In this document: in pieces, positions 25,859 through 37,897 of the stretch | How positions within the stretch are numbered: the first letter of the stretch is position 1 | How the letters are laid out: each line of letters opens with the position of its first letter | DNA from: Podarcis liolepis | Taxonomy: Eukaryota | Reading direction: 5' to 3' (one strand) | DNA length: 64,000 nt | Assembly (NCBI GenBank): GCA_965112155.1 | Contig: OZ218105.1 | Notes under the pieces: generated by a model | Told to the model about the DNA's origin: nothing | Seen by the model: the letters and a program-made list of their open reading frames with translations, nothing else | Database searches by the model: none | Program-made: the position numbers and the translations under genes

Positions 25859-28261
25859 CTGGACTACGATTAAGCCTTCATTGTTCAAGTTTAAATCTTC
25901 ACCAGGTAGGATTGGATCCTTTGCCTCACAAGCCTCTTTATTGTTCAGAGTATTGGAATAATTTGCCTTTCTAGAGTCTGTAGTGAGAGAAACCTCCTGG
26001 CAGTAGGAGTGCAGAAATGCTCGGACTCCATCGATCCCCACAAACTGTGAGATAGGAGCACCACTGAGATTCACACTCCCCGACTCAAGCAGCTGAGAAG
26101 TTCTCCACCTGTGCAACTTGATGGCCAGTAACACAAGGAGGAAGATGAGGAACAAGCAGGAGACAAAAGCCACTGCAAGGACCAGGTAGAAGGTGAGGTC
26201 TGACGAAGGCTCTACAGGAGCTGAGATGCTGCTCAGGTCTGAGAGGATTGCAGGGATGGTGTCAGCCAGCACCACAGTCAGAGTGGCTGAAGCAGAGAGA
26301 GGTGGCTGCCCATTGTCCTTGACTAAAACCACCAGGCTTTGCTTGAGGGCATCTTTCTCCAGAAAGAAGCGGGCCGTCCTGATCTCTCCTGTGTGGAGCC
26401 CCAGAGTGAAGAGTCCTGGCTCGGTGGCCTTGATCAGCTGGTAGGAGAGCCAGGCATTCTGGCCAGAGTCCGCATCCACGGCCACCACCTTAGTGACCAG
26501 GTAGCCTGGCTCAGAGGAGCGAGGGGCCAGCTCTATCCCTGTGGAGCCGTCAGTGGGAGGGGAGGGGTACAGGATTTGGGGAGCATTGTCATTCTGGTCC
26601 AGGATGAAGAGAGTCACTGAGACGTTGGAGCTGAGTGGTGGAGAACCTCCATCCTGGGCCTTTACACGGAATCTAATGTCTCGAAACTCTTCATAATCAA
26701 AGGAGCTCAGAGCATATATAACCCCCGTCTCAGAGTTAATGGAGAGGTAGGAGGAGAGGCGGGAGTCACTTCTTTGGTCATCAGTGATGGAATATGTTAT
26801 TCTGGCATTTTCTTCCCAGTCAAGATCATTTGCTCTTAAGGAAGAGACCATCGCTCCTCTTTGGTTATTCTCAACAAAATAGAAAGTATAGTCTGTTTTT
26901 TCAAAGAGGGGCGGGTTGTCATTTGTGTCTAAAACATGAAGTGTGATGACTGTGACTGCAGAAAGAGGGGGGACTCCATGGTCAGAAACAGTGACAGTAA
27001 TATTGAAGACTGACACCTGTTCCCTGTCAAGGGCACCATCAGTCACCAAACTGTAAAAGTTATCCATGGACTTCTTTAGCTGGAAAGGGAGGTTGCTAGG
27101 GATTGAACATGTGATTTCCCCATTGATTCCTGAATCTCGGTCTTGGACATTTAAAATGGCAATTACCGTTTGGGATGGTGAACTTTCAAGTATGGTGTTT
27201 GTGGCAAAGTTAACTGATAATTCAGGTGCATTGTCATTCAGATCTGTAACTGATATCACAACTTTTGATCTGTCACTCAGGCCTCCTCCATCTTTGGCTT
27301 GTATGTCAAATGCATATAAAGATGATTCCTCATAATCAAGATTCCCAATAAGGATGATTTCCCCTGTTGTGGAATTTAACAGAAACATTTGGGAGTCTCG
27401 CTTTGTGATTTGTTGGAAAGAGTATCTAATGTCTCCATTGATTCCTTCATCCATATCAGTTGCTCTCACTGTCAAAAGTGTGGACCACTTGGGGATATTC
27501 TCATTGACACTCACTTCATAGAGAGGTTGGCTGAAAACTGGTGCATTGTCATTTGCATCAAGGACAGCGATGTGGATTTGTAATGTGCCAGATCTGATGG
27601 GATCACCTCCATCAGTAGCTATGAGAAGCAAATCGTAAGCTGATTGTTCCTCTCTGTCCAGTGATTTTTCCAACACAAGTTCAGCAAGTCTGACACCATT
27701 TTCTTCTGTTTGCACATGCAAAGTAAAATGGCTGCTGCCTGTGAGTTGATAGCTCTGCACTGAATTTATCCCCCAATCTGGATCTTGAGCTTTGGGTAGA
27801 GGGATCTGGAATCCAGGCACAGATGCCTCGTTGATTTCCAGCTCCTGTTCCCATAGAGAGAAGTGGGGAGCATTATCATTTATATCTGTAATTTCCACTT
27901 CAATTCCATAAAGCTTCAATTTGCTTTCAACAAGAACCTGAAACTTCAACATACATTTCTCTGCCTCTCCACAAATTTCCTCTCTGTCTATTCTCTCAGA
28001 TATCTGCAAATGGTCATTGTTGGCATTCAAAGAGAAGTACTGAATCATACCTACAGGGTAAACAATGCGGAGTCCGTGGTCTGGGAGCTGCTTGCCATCC
28101 ATTCCCAGGTCCTTTGCAACATTCCCCACGGAAGAGCCTTTGTGCATCTCTTCTGGAATGGAGTAGTGGATCTGCCCAGAAATTGCCTTCCAAGAAGACA
28201 TCATGAAAAGGAACTGGAAGATTCCCTTTCTGCAGTTCCACAGCCTCTGAGTTCCTTCCAT
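25859..28261 (-). CDS. PCDHGA: Protocadherin gamma A-like variable exon, amplified family copy 1 (801 codons)
   Basis: ORF 25847..28261; gammaA signatures; donor CAG|GTGAGC at 25859/25858. Confidence 0.93.
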
Positions 28262-28445
28262 CCTTGCAGCAGGTTAAAGGACCTTAGATTCTGGTTCAAA
28301 TGATGCTGTATCCAATTTTTTTAAGAAAAATGCACTTCCATTTCTTCTTTACACTGACAAGCAGCTTGTTCCTTCAGATATTTTGTGTTTGTGTTTAACA
28401 GAAAGGCAACTTCAATTGGTCAGGATTTCACATTTCTGCTCCGTT

Positions 28446-28486
28446 CTGGTCAACAGTGACACCCAGAGGATCAAGCCCAAACTGCA
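28446..28486 (-). promoter_or_regulatory. Pcdh promoter CSE / CTCF site (CACT variant)
   Basis: Minus strand TGCAGTTTGGGCTTGATCCTCTGGGTGTCACTGTTGACCAG, ~185 bp upstream of ATG 28261. Confidence 0.8.
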
Positions 28487-31400
28487 AAAACTTCACTTTT
28501 GAAAATTAAATAAACACCATTTCACTGTACTACTGTTATTATATGCAAATATAGCTAGGATAACTTTAATCTTTTCCCTTAGAATTTACCCACTAAGGAT
28601 AAATAAGAGTGACGACTTTTGTTGCTGTAATCAAATTGAAAAGGAGCAGCAAAGACAAGTGTGTTTAGGGTTCCTGCCCTACCCCATTACTGGAAATTCT
28701 GGAATAAATGTTATGGATCTTTCCCAGCAATGTTTTTGGCTGGCTTTTCTAAGGGAATATTCAATAGATTTTTTCTTGATGGAGAAACACTAGTAAACCA
28801 CCAGTACATCCTTGTGACCTCTGGCACTTCACTCCTCTCAGCTCCTATTTGTTCATTCACATCTCTAGGCTGTTCATCTTCAAACTGAATTTTTATTTTT
28901 TAGGTACGTGTTACATAAGCCCTACTTGGGCATACACTGTCCGTACATGAGCAAACACCTGAGGAGAAATATGGAGTGCTTCTTAGTCCTTTCCTGTCCA
29001 GCATTTCATCTGTACACAGTCTAGATCCCTCCATGAATTTGAGGACCAAGGTGTGAGGTGGGGAGCTTACTCTACTTGTAGGGGCCCCACACATGATTTA
29101 GAATTTTGCACCATCATGTTTTCTTTGCTTACACTTGAGGAGATGGTTCAAATAAGGCTGTACTGGGTAGGAGATGCATATCAGGAATGTCCCAGTTCAA
29201 ATCAAACTTCAACCATGAGCTCATTAGTTGTCCTTGGGCAAGACTCCCTTCCTCCTCTCTCTGGTTGAGTTCACACAGCAGTTTCCTCCATTTCCCTGAT
29301 GTTTCCCTAACTATTAATTTCTGCATTATATTCAAGTTTTCACATGGTATGAAATCCACTTCATTTCCATGTTATTTAATTGCAGGGAAAAATACATTTG
29401 CTGCTCCCTTAAACCGGAAAATAGCAGGAGTAAAGTGATGAAATTTGGGGCCGCATACATGGGGGAATGAATACATACACAGCTATGGGTGGAATAGTGG
29501 CAATGTTATCCAATGATGTTCATTGTTGCGTCACACCACGCACTCTGATGTGAATGAAATTTAGTGGAACACGATATATTGCTCATATATTGATATGCTG
29601 ATATATTGGTCAAAAATATACACATAACACAACTGGTAATGCAGTGTGAAAGCATCATTGGAAAACAGAAAAGAAGCACTAGCGTTCTAGTCAGGAAAAC
29701 TTATGCAATATTTGCCATATCTAAATGCATCCTCTATCCATCTTATCCACAACATGAGGAAAATATTGCTGATCTATCTTTCTGGGTTATTGAAGACTTA
29801 CAAGGGAATGTATATCAACCATTTTCTACACTAAAGTGCTCTATAAACACCAAGTATTACTGTAAAGTGCAAAGAAGGCCATGTCCACCTTAATTTATTG
29901 CTCACAATGTGCCTAGAAGAAAATAAAGCCAAGACGAATGCTATTAAAGCCAATTATTATTACTACACCACTTCACATTACAGAGATAAAAAGAAACAGG
30001 AAGAGATGGGTGGCACACACAATGGGGTGGAGCTGTGGAGTGACCCTCCAACACTAGTGTTGTTGCTGGGGCTTACCTGGTCAGGGCTGGGCTGACACAA
30101 CTGTGTGGCTGGGGCTGGGCAGGTGCACCAGCAGCCGTGCTAGATGTTCCCACAGTTAAAAGCACATGTCTCCAGCCTCACTGCTGCCCCATCCAGGTAG
30201 GCAACTGTGCATGGGGGTGGGGGTGAATTCACCTGCTTCCCACCACCATGCATGTCACTACTGCAGGTGGGTAATTTTCAATGGCAGCTTATGAGCTCAT
30301 GTGTGACAATCAGTTGTCAAGCTCAGAACAAGCATTATAAAAAACTAGCATGTGATGACCTGTTAAACAGCAGAGTTAGATGGTTTTCAGTCATCTTTCT
30401 TGGAGAGCGTGATGCTCTTCTGCTTCTTGTTCTACAAAATCAGCAGGACTACTAAAACTGCTGTACTGAATTTGCTGAATGCTTTCCCCCAGAAGACAGA
30501 AAATCAAGTATCTAATCCACTAAGCAATGCCATAAAAGTTTCTTTCAAAATTAGTCTTCATCTCTCACTACAGAATATGCACTGGCAACAAACTTTTCGA
30601 CACATTAGGCACGATCCAGCATTAATGTATATGAAGTAGCAGATACAGGGGTGTGCAGCTGTATGTCCTTGCCAGATTGCCTTTCCATGGGAAAGCATTC
30701 CAAGTCCAAGAGGTGAGAGGGCATCTAACATTGTTAAGACTCAATAGACATTTGACACCTATGTTACTACAGCTTGGAAGCATGACTGGAGATGGTATAG
30801 GTAGAAATACTAGCCTCATGCACACTCACCTACATACATACTGTTGACCACAACTGTTCCAGCTGCTCATAATTTCTAAGTATACATTGCAAATGCTCGT
30901 AGCTGTTTTGCCTGTTAAGCATGGATTCATGATGCAGACATATTTGGGTTGGCATACAGGTCAATACAGGGACCACTGTTTTTCCCTATTGCTCATTGCC
31001 TGTGTTTTGTCTTTCTAGTATATGGTTTTTGGAGATGGGGAATTGATGCATTTTATTTATTTATTTATTTATTTATTTAAAATAATTATATAGTCCTGTC
31101 CCACACTCAAAGAATATCTAGGTTGTGTATAATATTAATTTAAGACCATATAAGCACCAGTTCAATGCAATAATATGAATAATAAAGTACAGTATATAAT
31201 ACTGTTGTCAGGAACTTAGTGGAGTTGAACACCGATGGCCAGCAAATACTTGGTCACATAGATACATCTTTAAATGTTGATGAAAACACTGCACTGTACA
31301 TTAGTATTGAATTCAAAAGGGCAGACTGTTCCGCGACAGAGAATGCCATCCTCATGGTTGCCAGAACATGTACTGATGCAGGTAATGAGACCACCAGGAA

Positions 31401-31547
31401 TGTCTCCACTGAAGATCTTGGTGAACTGTTGAATTGATATGAGAACAATCATTATCTTCAACAATCTTGTGCTAAGTTGTTTTAGAAAGGATGAGGTAAC
31501 ATGGTGGAGAATTTAGGAGTGCTTCATTAATCTTTTGTGATATATTG

Positions 31548-31706
31548 GGACAGTCTCCTTTGGGAAGTTGTGGACTCTCCTTCCTTGGAGTTTTTTTTAG
31601 CAGAGGTTGGATGGCCATCTGCCATGGATGCTCTAGCTGAGATTCCTGCATTGCAGGGTGTTGGACCAGATGACCCTTGGGTCCCTTGCAACTCTATGAT
31701 TCCATG
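31548..31706 (+). mobile_element. CR1 LINE 3' end fragment
   Basis: GTGGACTCTCCTTCCTTGGAG...AGAGGTTGGATGGCCATCTG...GTTGGACCAGATGACCCTTGGGTCCCTTGCAACTCTATGATTC is the CR1 3' UTR pattern. Confidence 0.8.
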
Positions 31707-32818
31707 AGAGACAGACTACTTGCTCCACTCATTGATCAAACAAAGGCTGTGCATGAGCTCTATTCATTCTGCAACCAGGAATAAACAGTCACAGGACCTG
31801 AGGAGTGTTTTACAACTGATAGCTTCCATCAATGCTTCACCATAACATACATTGTGCTTTTCCAATCAGACCCAACTGTGTATGAGTTTTAATTTGTTTT
31901 AATCTATTCTGTTGTGATTTAAACTTTCTGTGTGCTTTAAATTATGGTTGTCATTTTTAACTATTATTTTTATTCATTTTTAATAATATAACAGTTTAAC
32001 AATGTAGAACATTTATATACGCTCAAACTGAAAAATACAAAAACACAGATCTCCATTGTTCGTTTAAAACTTCCTTGTCTCAAACCACAAAACAGGCTTT
32101 TAGTTCTGCCTTCAACCCTTTAATGTTCAATTTCCCTTCCCTTCTTCTTGAAGCCAAAAAGCAGCTCAGGCACTGAATGTAAATTATCACCAGCTGATGG
32201 AAAAATCTCCCTCAGTTAGAAATTATAACTGTCCTAAAAATAATTAAGAAAGGGAGGCTTTTGCAGATCCTATACCCATCACGGTTATTTCATGGCTTTG
32301 GGGCAAGATGAAAATTCCTCAGCTCTCAAGTCGCTTAACCCCCATCCGAGTTCCTAGGAGCTTCTTGGTCTCTTGAACACAGAAAACAGCTTTTTCAAAG
32401 CACTAGAGATTAATCTCTTGTTCACTCTTTTTTCCAAAATAAATATAGGAACCAAGACTTATGTCTGGCTATCATCAATCACCATGTAATTATCTCTGTT
32501 GGCAGACCACCAACAAAAGATCTTCAATCCACTATTTCCTTCCCCACAACACATAAAAAACTCCCCACAAACTTCCTAATATTTACTTTAATAAAAAGGA
32601 GAAGTTTGCCAATAAAGAGAAAATTTTCAAACTTCTTGAAGAATATACAATGTAAGATTTTTTGACGTCTGTTTTTCTGTTGTTTTTTTAAGACATAACA
32701 TTAAAATAGCTACATATTCAATTTTAGTTACAGATAGGTAGCCGTGTTGGTCTGCCATAGTCAAAATAAAAAAAATTCCTTCCAGTAGCACCTTAAAGAC
32801 CAACTAAGTTAGTTCTTG

Positions 32819-32856
32819 GTATGAGCTTTCGTGTGCATGCACACTTCTTCAGATAC
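32819..32856 (-). ncRNA. Minimal type I hammerhead ribozyme motif, sense to Pcdhg pre-mRNA
   Basis: GUAU-CUGAAGA-A-GUGUGC-AU-GCACAC-GAA-AGCU-C/AUAC: 4-bp stem I, conserved core, stem II, palindromic AGCU stem III. Activity untested. Confidence 0.6.
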
Positions 32857-32859
32857 AGT

Positions 32860-32897
32860 GTATCTGAAGAAGTGTGCATGCACACGAAAGCTCATAC
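32860..32897 (+). ncRNA. Minimal type I hammerhead ribozyme motif (mirror copy)
   Basis: GTATCTGAAGAAGTGTGCATGCACACGAAAGCTCATAC, identical to the minus-strand copy. Confidence 0.6.
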
Positions 32898-33491
32898 CAA
32901 GAACTAACTTAGTTGGTCTTTAAGGTGCTACTGGAAGGAATTTTTTTATATTCAATTTTAGTCATACTACGAAGGAAGGAAAGAAGGAAGGAAGGAAGAA
33001 TAAGGACTGTCTCCACTCAAACATGCTATGTCATCCTGTGGTCCGAGATTGTCACCCTTTTTTTAATGTTTATTTTTCTATTTTTTTAAGACAGAACATT
33101 AAAATAGCTACATATTCAATTTTAGTCATACTACGAAGGAAAGAAGGAAGGAAGGAAGGAATGATAAGCATCTCCACTCAAACATGATATGCCATCCTGT
33201 GGTCCGAGATCATCACCCTAAGTCAGCATGCAAATGTGCATTTAGATAATTCTGACTGAGGCTCCCCCAACTTGCAATTTTGCCCTTCAACAAATGCTAT
33301 AAGGCCCATTACATTAGCTTGATCTGCAACAGTAGCAGCTCAGTACTACTCCCTACCTACTTCCCTGGTGACATGGCCTGAATTGTCTGGGGTGCCAGTT
33401 TGATAACATCCACTGTTTACAAATAAATTCTCAAACAAGTGATAACACACCTAATTCCCTTAAAAAAGAAAAAAAATGCAATATAACTCAC

Positions 33492-35921
33492 CATGCTGTC
33501 ATTTTCCTTTTCAGAAATTAAATTACCTCCACTGACCATCAAAGAAATGTCAGAGTTGCCATTGCAAAGGAGGTTCTCTGCTATTTGGACAGTGGGCTGC
33601 AGGAATGTCAGCTCATTCCTCCTGGATTCAGAGGACAGACAGACCTGGTAGGAATAAGGCAAAGTTCCATCCTCATAATTGGGTGGGAATATGGCACCAG
33701 CCTTTGAATGGGGGTCAGGAATAAAGCACTGAAGGAAAGTGGGGTTCCTTGACCTTCGAAGCTTCATCAGAATGGTCAGAATCACCGTCACCAGGAACAG
33801 AAAGGACACCAAGGTCAAGGCCAATACCAAATAAAACTGTAGATCAGACTGATACTCTGAGTCATTTGGTTGGGAGTTCATTTCTGGAAGAGCCTCCTGG
33901 AAGTTCTCAGCAAACACCAGGCTCAACGTTGTGGTGGCTGAGAGAGGAGGATGCCCATTGTCCTTCACCAGGATGACCAGCCTCTGCTTCACTGCATCTC
34001 TCTCAAGTAATGCTCGGACTGTTTGCACCTCTCCTGTGTGGAAGCCAATGCTGAAGAGTGAGGGCTCTGTGGCCTGCAGGAGATGGAAGGAGAGCCAGGC
34101 ATTGTGTCCCGAATCAGAGTCCACGGCCACTACCTTCGTCACCAGATAACCCGACTCAGCTGACCGAGGCACCATCTCAAAGAAAGGTGAGCCCTCTGTT
34201 GATTGTGAGGGGTACAGGATCTGCGGAGCGTTATCATTTCGATCCAAAACACATACTGTCACTGTGGCACTGCTATTGAGTGGTGGAGAACCTCCATCTT
34301 GGGCCTTCACTTGAATCTGAAACTCCCTGAATTGCTCATAGTCAAAGGAGCGTTGGGCATAGATGATTCCGGTCTCAGAGTTAATGGAGACATAGGAGGA
34401 AAGGGGCAGGTCCTTGATGCTGCTGTGAAGGATGGAGTAAGTGATTCTGGCATTGCGATCCAGATCTGGGTCAGAGGCCTTGATGTGGAAAATTGAAGCT
34501 CCAGATGGGTTGTTCTCTGGAACGTAGGCAGTGTAGGAAGATTTTTCAAAGGCTGGTGGGTTATCATTGATATCTGAGATCTGTATTGATATGGTTTTGT
34601 GTGTGGAGAGTGGAGGTGTGCCTTTGTCTGTGGCTATGATTGTAATATTATACTCAGGAGTCCTTTCTCTGTCAAGGGCACCATCTATGAGAAGCTTGAA
34701 GTAATTATCTGAAGATGAGACTATCAGGAATGGTACAAGTTCCTTCAGGTGACAGGTGACTTCTCCATTATCCCCAGAATCCCTGTCCTGAACTTTAATG
34801 AGAGCAATCACAGCTCCAGATGTGACATCTTCTGGAACTGGGCTGGACACGGAGGTAAGGATCACATCTGGAGCATTGTCATTCTCATCAAGAACCTCAA
34901 CCTCCACATTGCAATGTGCCGCCAAGCCTCCTCCATCACTTGCCTGAATTATCATCACATAATATTGACTTTCTTCAAAATCAACACTTTCTTTGAGTGT
35001 AACTGTTCCGTCTCTGGGATCCAGATGAAACTTCTGCTTGGCTGTTTTTGGGATGTCACTGAAAGTGTAAGTGATCTGAGCATATGACCCTTCATCACTG
35101 TCAGATGCTTTGACTTGAAGCACAGAGGTTCCTTTGGGTGCACTCTCCTTCAGGCTCACTTTATAGATTGTCTGGGTGAAAACAGGAGCATTGTCATTAG
35201 CATCAAGAACTGTTACCAATATTTTGGCTGTTCCGGTTTTTGGAGGTTCTCCACCATCCATGGCTGTAAGGACCATGTGGTGCATCTGTTCCTTTTCCCT
35301 GTCCAATTGTTTCTGCAATATTAATTCTGCATATTTCCCACCATCATTGCCAGCTTTAATTTCAAGTTTGAAATATGGAGTTGAGCTCAGCTGATAATTC
35401 TGGAGGGAGTTTATTCCGATATCATCATCTTCAGCATTTCCAAGAGCAAATCGAGTTCCTGGCAGAGTAGATTCACTAAATTTAAGCTCAATATTTTCAT
35501 TCTGGAAATGTGGAGCATTGTCATTGATGTCCTGGATAAAAATATTTACGTGGAAAATATTCAAAGGATTGTGTGCCACAACTTCTAATTTGAGGACACA
35601 AGTAGATGATTTACCACAAATCTCTTCCCGGTCTATTCTCTCATTTACATACAGGTTGCCATTTTGTTCATTCAGATCAAAGAATTGCTTTTCTGAAGAA
35701 ATACCAAGCTTGCGCTTTGACAGCTCTCTGATATCCAACCCCAGATCTTTAGCAAGGTTCCCCACAAAGGAGCCCTGCTCTGCTTCCTCTGGAACTGAAT
35801 ACTGAACCTTCTCAGATACTACCTGGCAGCAGAACACAGACCAGAATATGAACAGAAACAGTACTTGCCTCTTGGTGATCTTCCTTGTTCTCTCTGCCTG
35901 CTTTATTTCCATCAAATCCAT
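33492..35921 (-). CDS. PCDHGB: Protocadherin gamma B-like variable exon, amplified family copy 2 (810 codons)
   Basis: ORF 33417..35921; donor ATG|GTGAGT at 33492/33491. Confidence 0.93.
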
Positions 35922-36152
35922 TGCCTTTCCTGATTTCTTCCTTCTTTCAGTATAGTTTGCAAGACTCCCAGTACACTAATGTGAGATAATACCAATACTG
36001 TTCTTTTGAGCTGATTCTTGGGAAACTGAGAGCTTTCCTTTCTTGAGCAGCTTTTAAAATAAAAGCTTTTCCTTTCTGCTCCACTGATGTGTTAAGAGAG
36101 AGAGAGACTGCTCCAAGAGTCTCAGAAATGCTGAGCCATGGCTGCTCCCACG

Positions 36153-36193
36153 TTGTCCAACAGTGACACTCTGAGTCCACATGGGGAACTGTA
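36153..36193 (-). promoter_or_regulatory. Pcdh promoter CSE / CTCF site (CACT variant)
   Basis: Identical to 24120..24160. Confidence 0.8.
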
Positions 36194-37897
36194 TTTGCCA
36201 TTTCAATAATGGTACATAGTATATAATTTCTAATGTAGAGAACTGCTTTTGATTTATCCCTTTACCATTGTTTTCAAGTTGTACCCCCCTCAATGGATTA
36301 TTGATCAGACCTCATAGTTATTCACTCCATTAAGAACTCTTTTCTGTATGCAGGTCAATGAGACCAGAGCTCCAAATTTCTTTCTTCCATGTTTAATGTG
36401 CATTAAAAAAATCTAAATAATATTAAAAAACTATCACACGTGATTTTTTAATACATATTCCTATCAGAGGTTCAGCTGGGTAGACCCACATCCTCCTAGC
36501 ATACTTTTCATTATCCAATTCACACATTAGTAGAACTTCAGGATAGTCCTTCTAGGACATTGTCAGAAATGGTCACACAAACAACTTCCCCAAATTTCAG
36601 CAAGTTACCATTCATTGTTTTCCTTACGGGAACAACAACCCCCCCCCACATGTCTCATAAAATGTCCCCCAAATGCATCAATTCTTGCCACTGTAGTGTG
36701 TTTACAACTCCAACCATGACAGCATATTTTTAATAGAAAAATACAAGCGACATGTCACCAAAGAGCACTGGAATCAAAACAGCTTACAGTCATGTGACAG
36801 AGGAGTAAATAAACTTGCAGTCACATTTCCAGCGTGGCACCCATTGTAGCAGAGTGGAACTACCTAGAAGAACACACCTTTGGCTGAAGCTGTTTTCATT
36901 CATATTACAGGGAGAAGGCAACACACGACACCTTCTCTGGGGTTCAAAATTCTACTCCTACCTTACACTGGAAATCTCATTAAAATAGAAAATACCCCCC
37001 AACCCCGTTTGTGTGTTGCTGCTGTAGTTCAATAGCGGATGAAGGTTGCAAATTACAAGGAGCATTATGCAACCAATCTTACAATACAATTGCTTGTAAA
37101 TTTCTTCCCAGAGTACCCTCACCATTAAATCTCCTCATTTTATCATGCTAAAATATACCAACAGCCAAAATAACTCAGCCAATAAAAGGGTTAAGTAAAT
37201 TCATTATTACTTTTAAAAAAAGAAGTCTTGTAGCAATGAGAATCTCAGTATCAGCTTACTGGTGGGCAGTTGGGTATGTAGTGGAAAGAGGTTATTGGTT
37301 GAAAGATGGGAATGAACACTTATTTGTCATAGGATACTTGGCCCTAGTTTTCATTGAGGCGGCACAACTACAACTTACCAGTAGCAAGGCAGGTGAGGGC
37401 TCACATTTATATACTTATTTATTGATACAGATTTTTTAAACCACCCACTATTTGGAAGTGTAATAAAAATATGAAATAAAATCCAAATACAACATTTAAA
37501 GCTAAAACAATTTAGAATCAATCTCACAGGAACTCACCTACTGCACATGAAAATAGGATGAGCCTAGCCTTCTCCCTATCTCCTTTACATGATACTTTCA
37601 ATATGTAGTGAACTATGTTTTTTTATAGATGTGCACAAGATTCTGTGAGCCTCCACCAGCAGTCCAAAGTAAGAGACAAAGACAGATCATCTGATGGATC
37701 AAGATAAAGATTTGTTGAAAGAAGATACTTCACAGAAGGATCACATATAAAGTAATAACTAAAAGAAGGGGGAGCTGAAAGTAATAGAAAGAAGACTGAC
37801 ATAGTTGTGAATATAATGAAAAAGCAGAGGCAGACGAGAAATATATTCTGATATGAGCAAAACAAAAAATCATGTTAATCTAAAATTATTTGCTCAC

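Larger units (their letters stand above)
32729..32947. mobile_element. Penelope-like element terminus inserted as an inverted (palindromic) pair
   Basis: Perfect 89-bp arms 32769-32857 / 32859-32947; 15-bp direct repeat ATATTCAATTTTAGT at 32714-32728 and 32948-32962; empty sites at ~33113, ~44585, ~57410, ~62975. Confidence 0.85.

Noticed and set aside
28661-30847. Short intergenic ORFs recurring at ~29-30, ~41-42 and ~55-56 kb
   Set aside because: Recurrence reflects the segmental duplication; stops and frameshifts differ between copies and no domain is recognisable.
32769-32947. Palindrome as a miRNA precursor, terminator or CRISPR-like structure
   Set aside because: Perfect arms, a TSD, a second family member at 13219 and empty paralogous sites identify it as a retroelement insertion.
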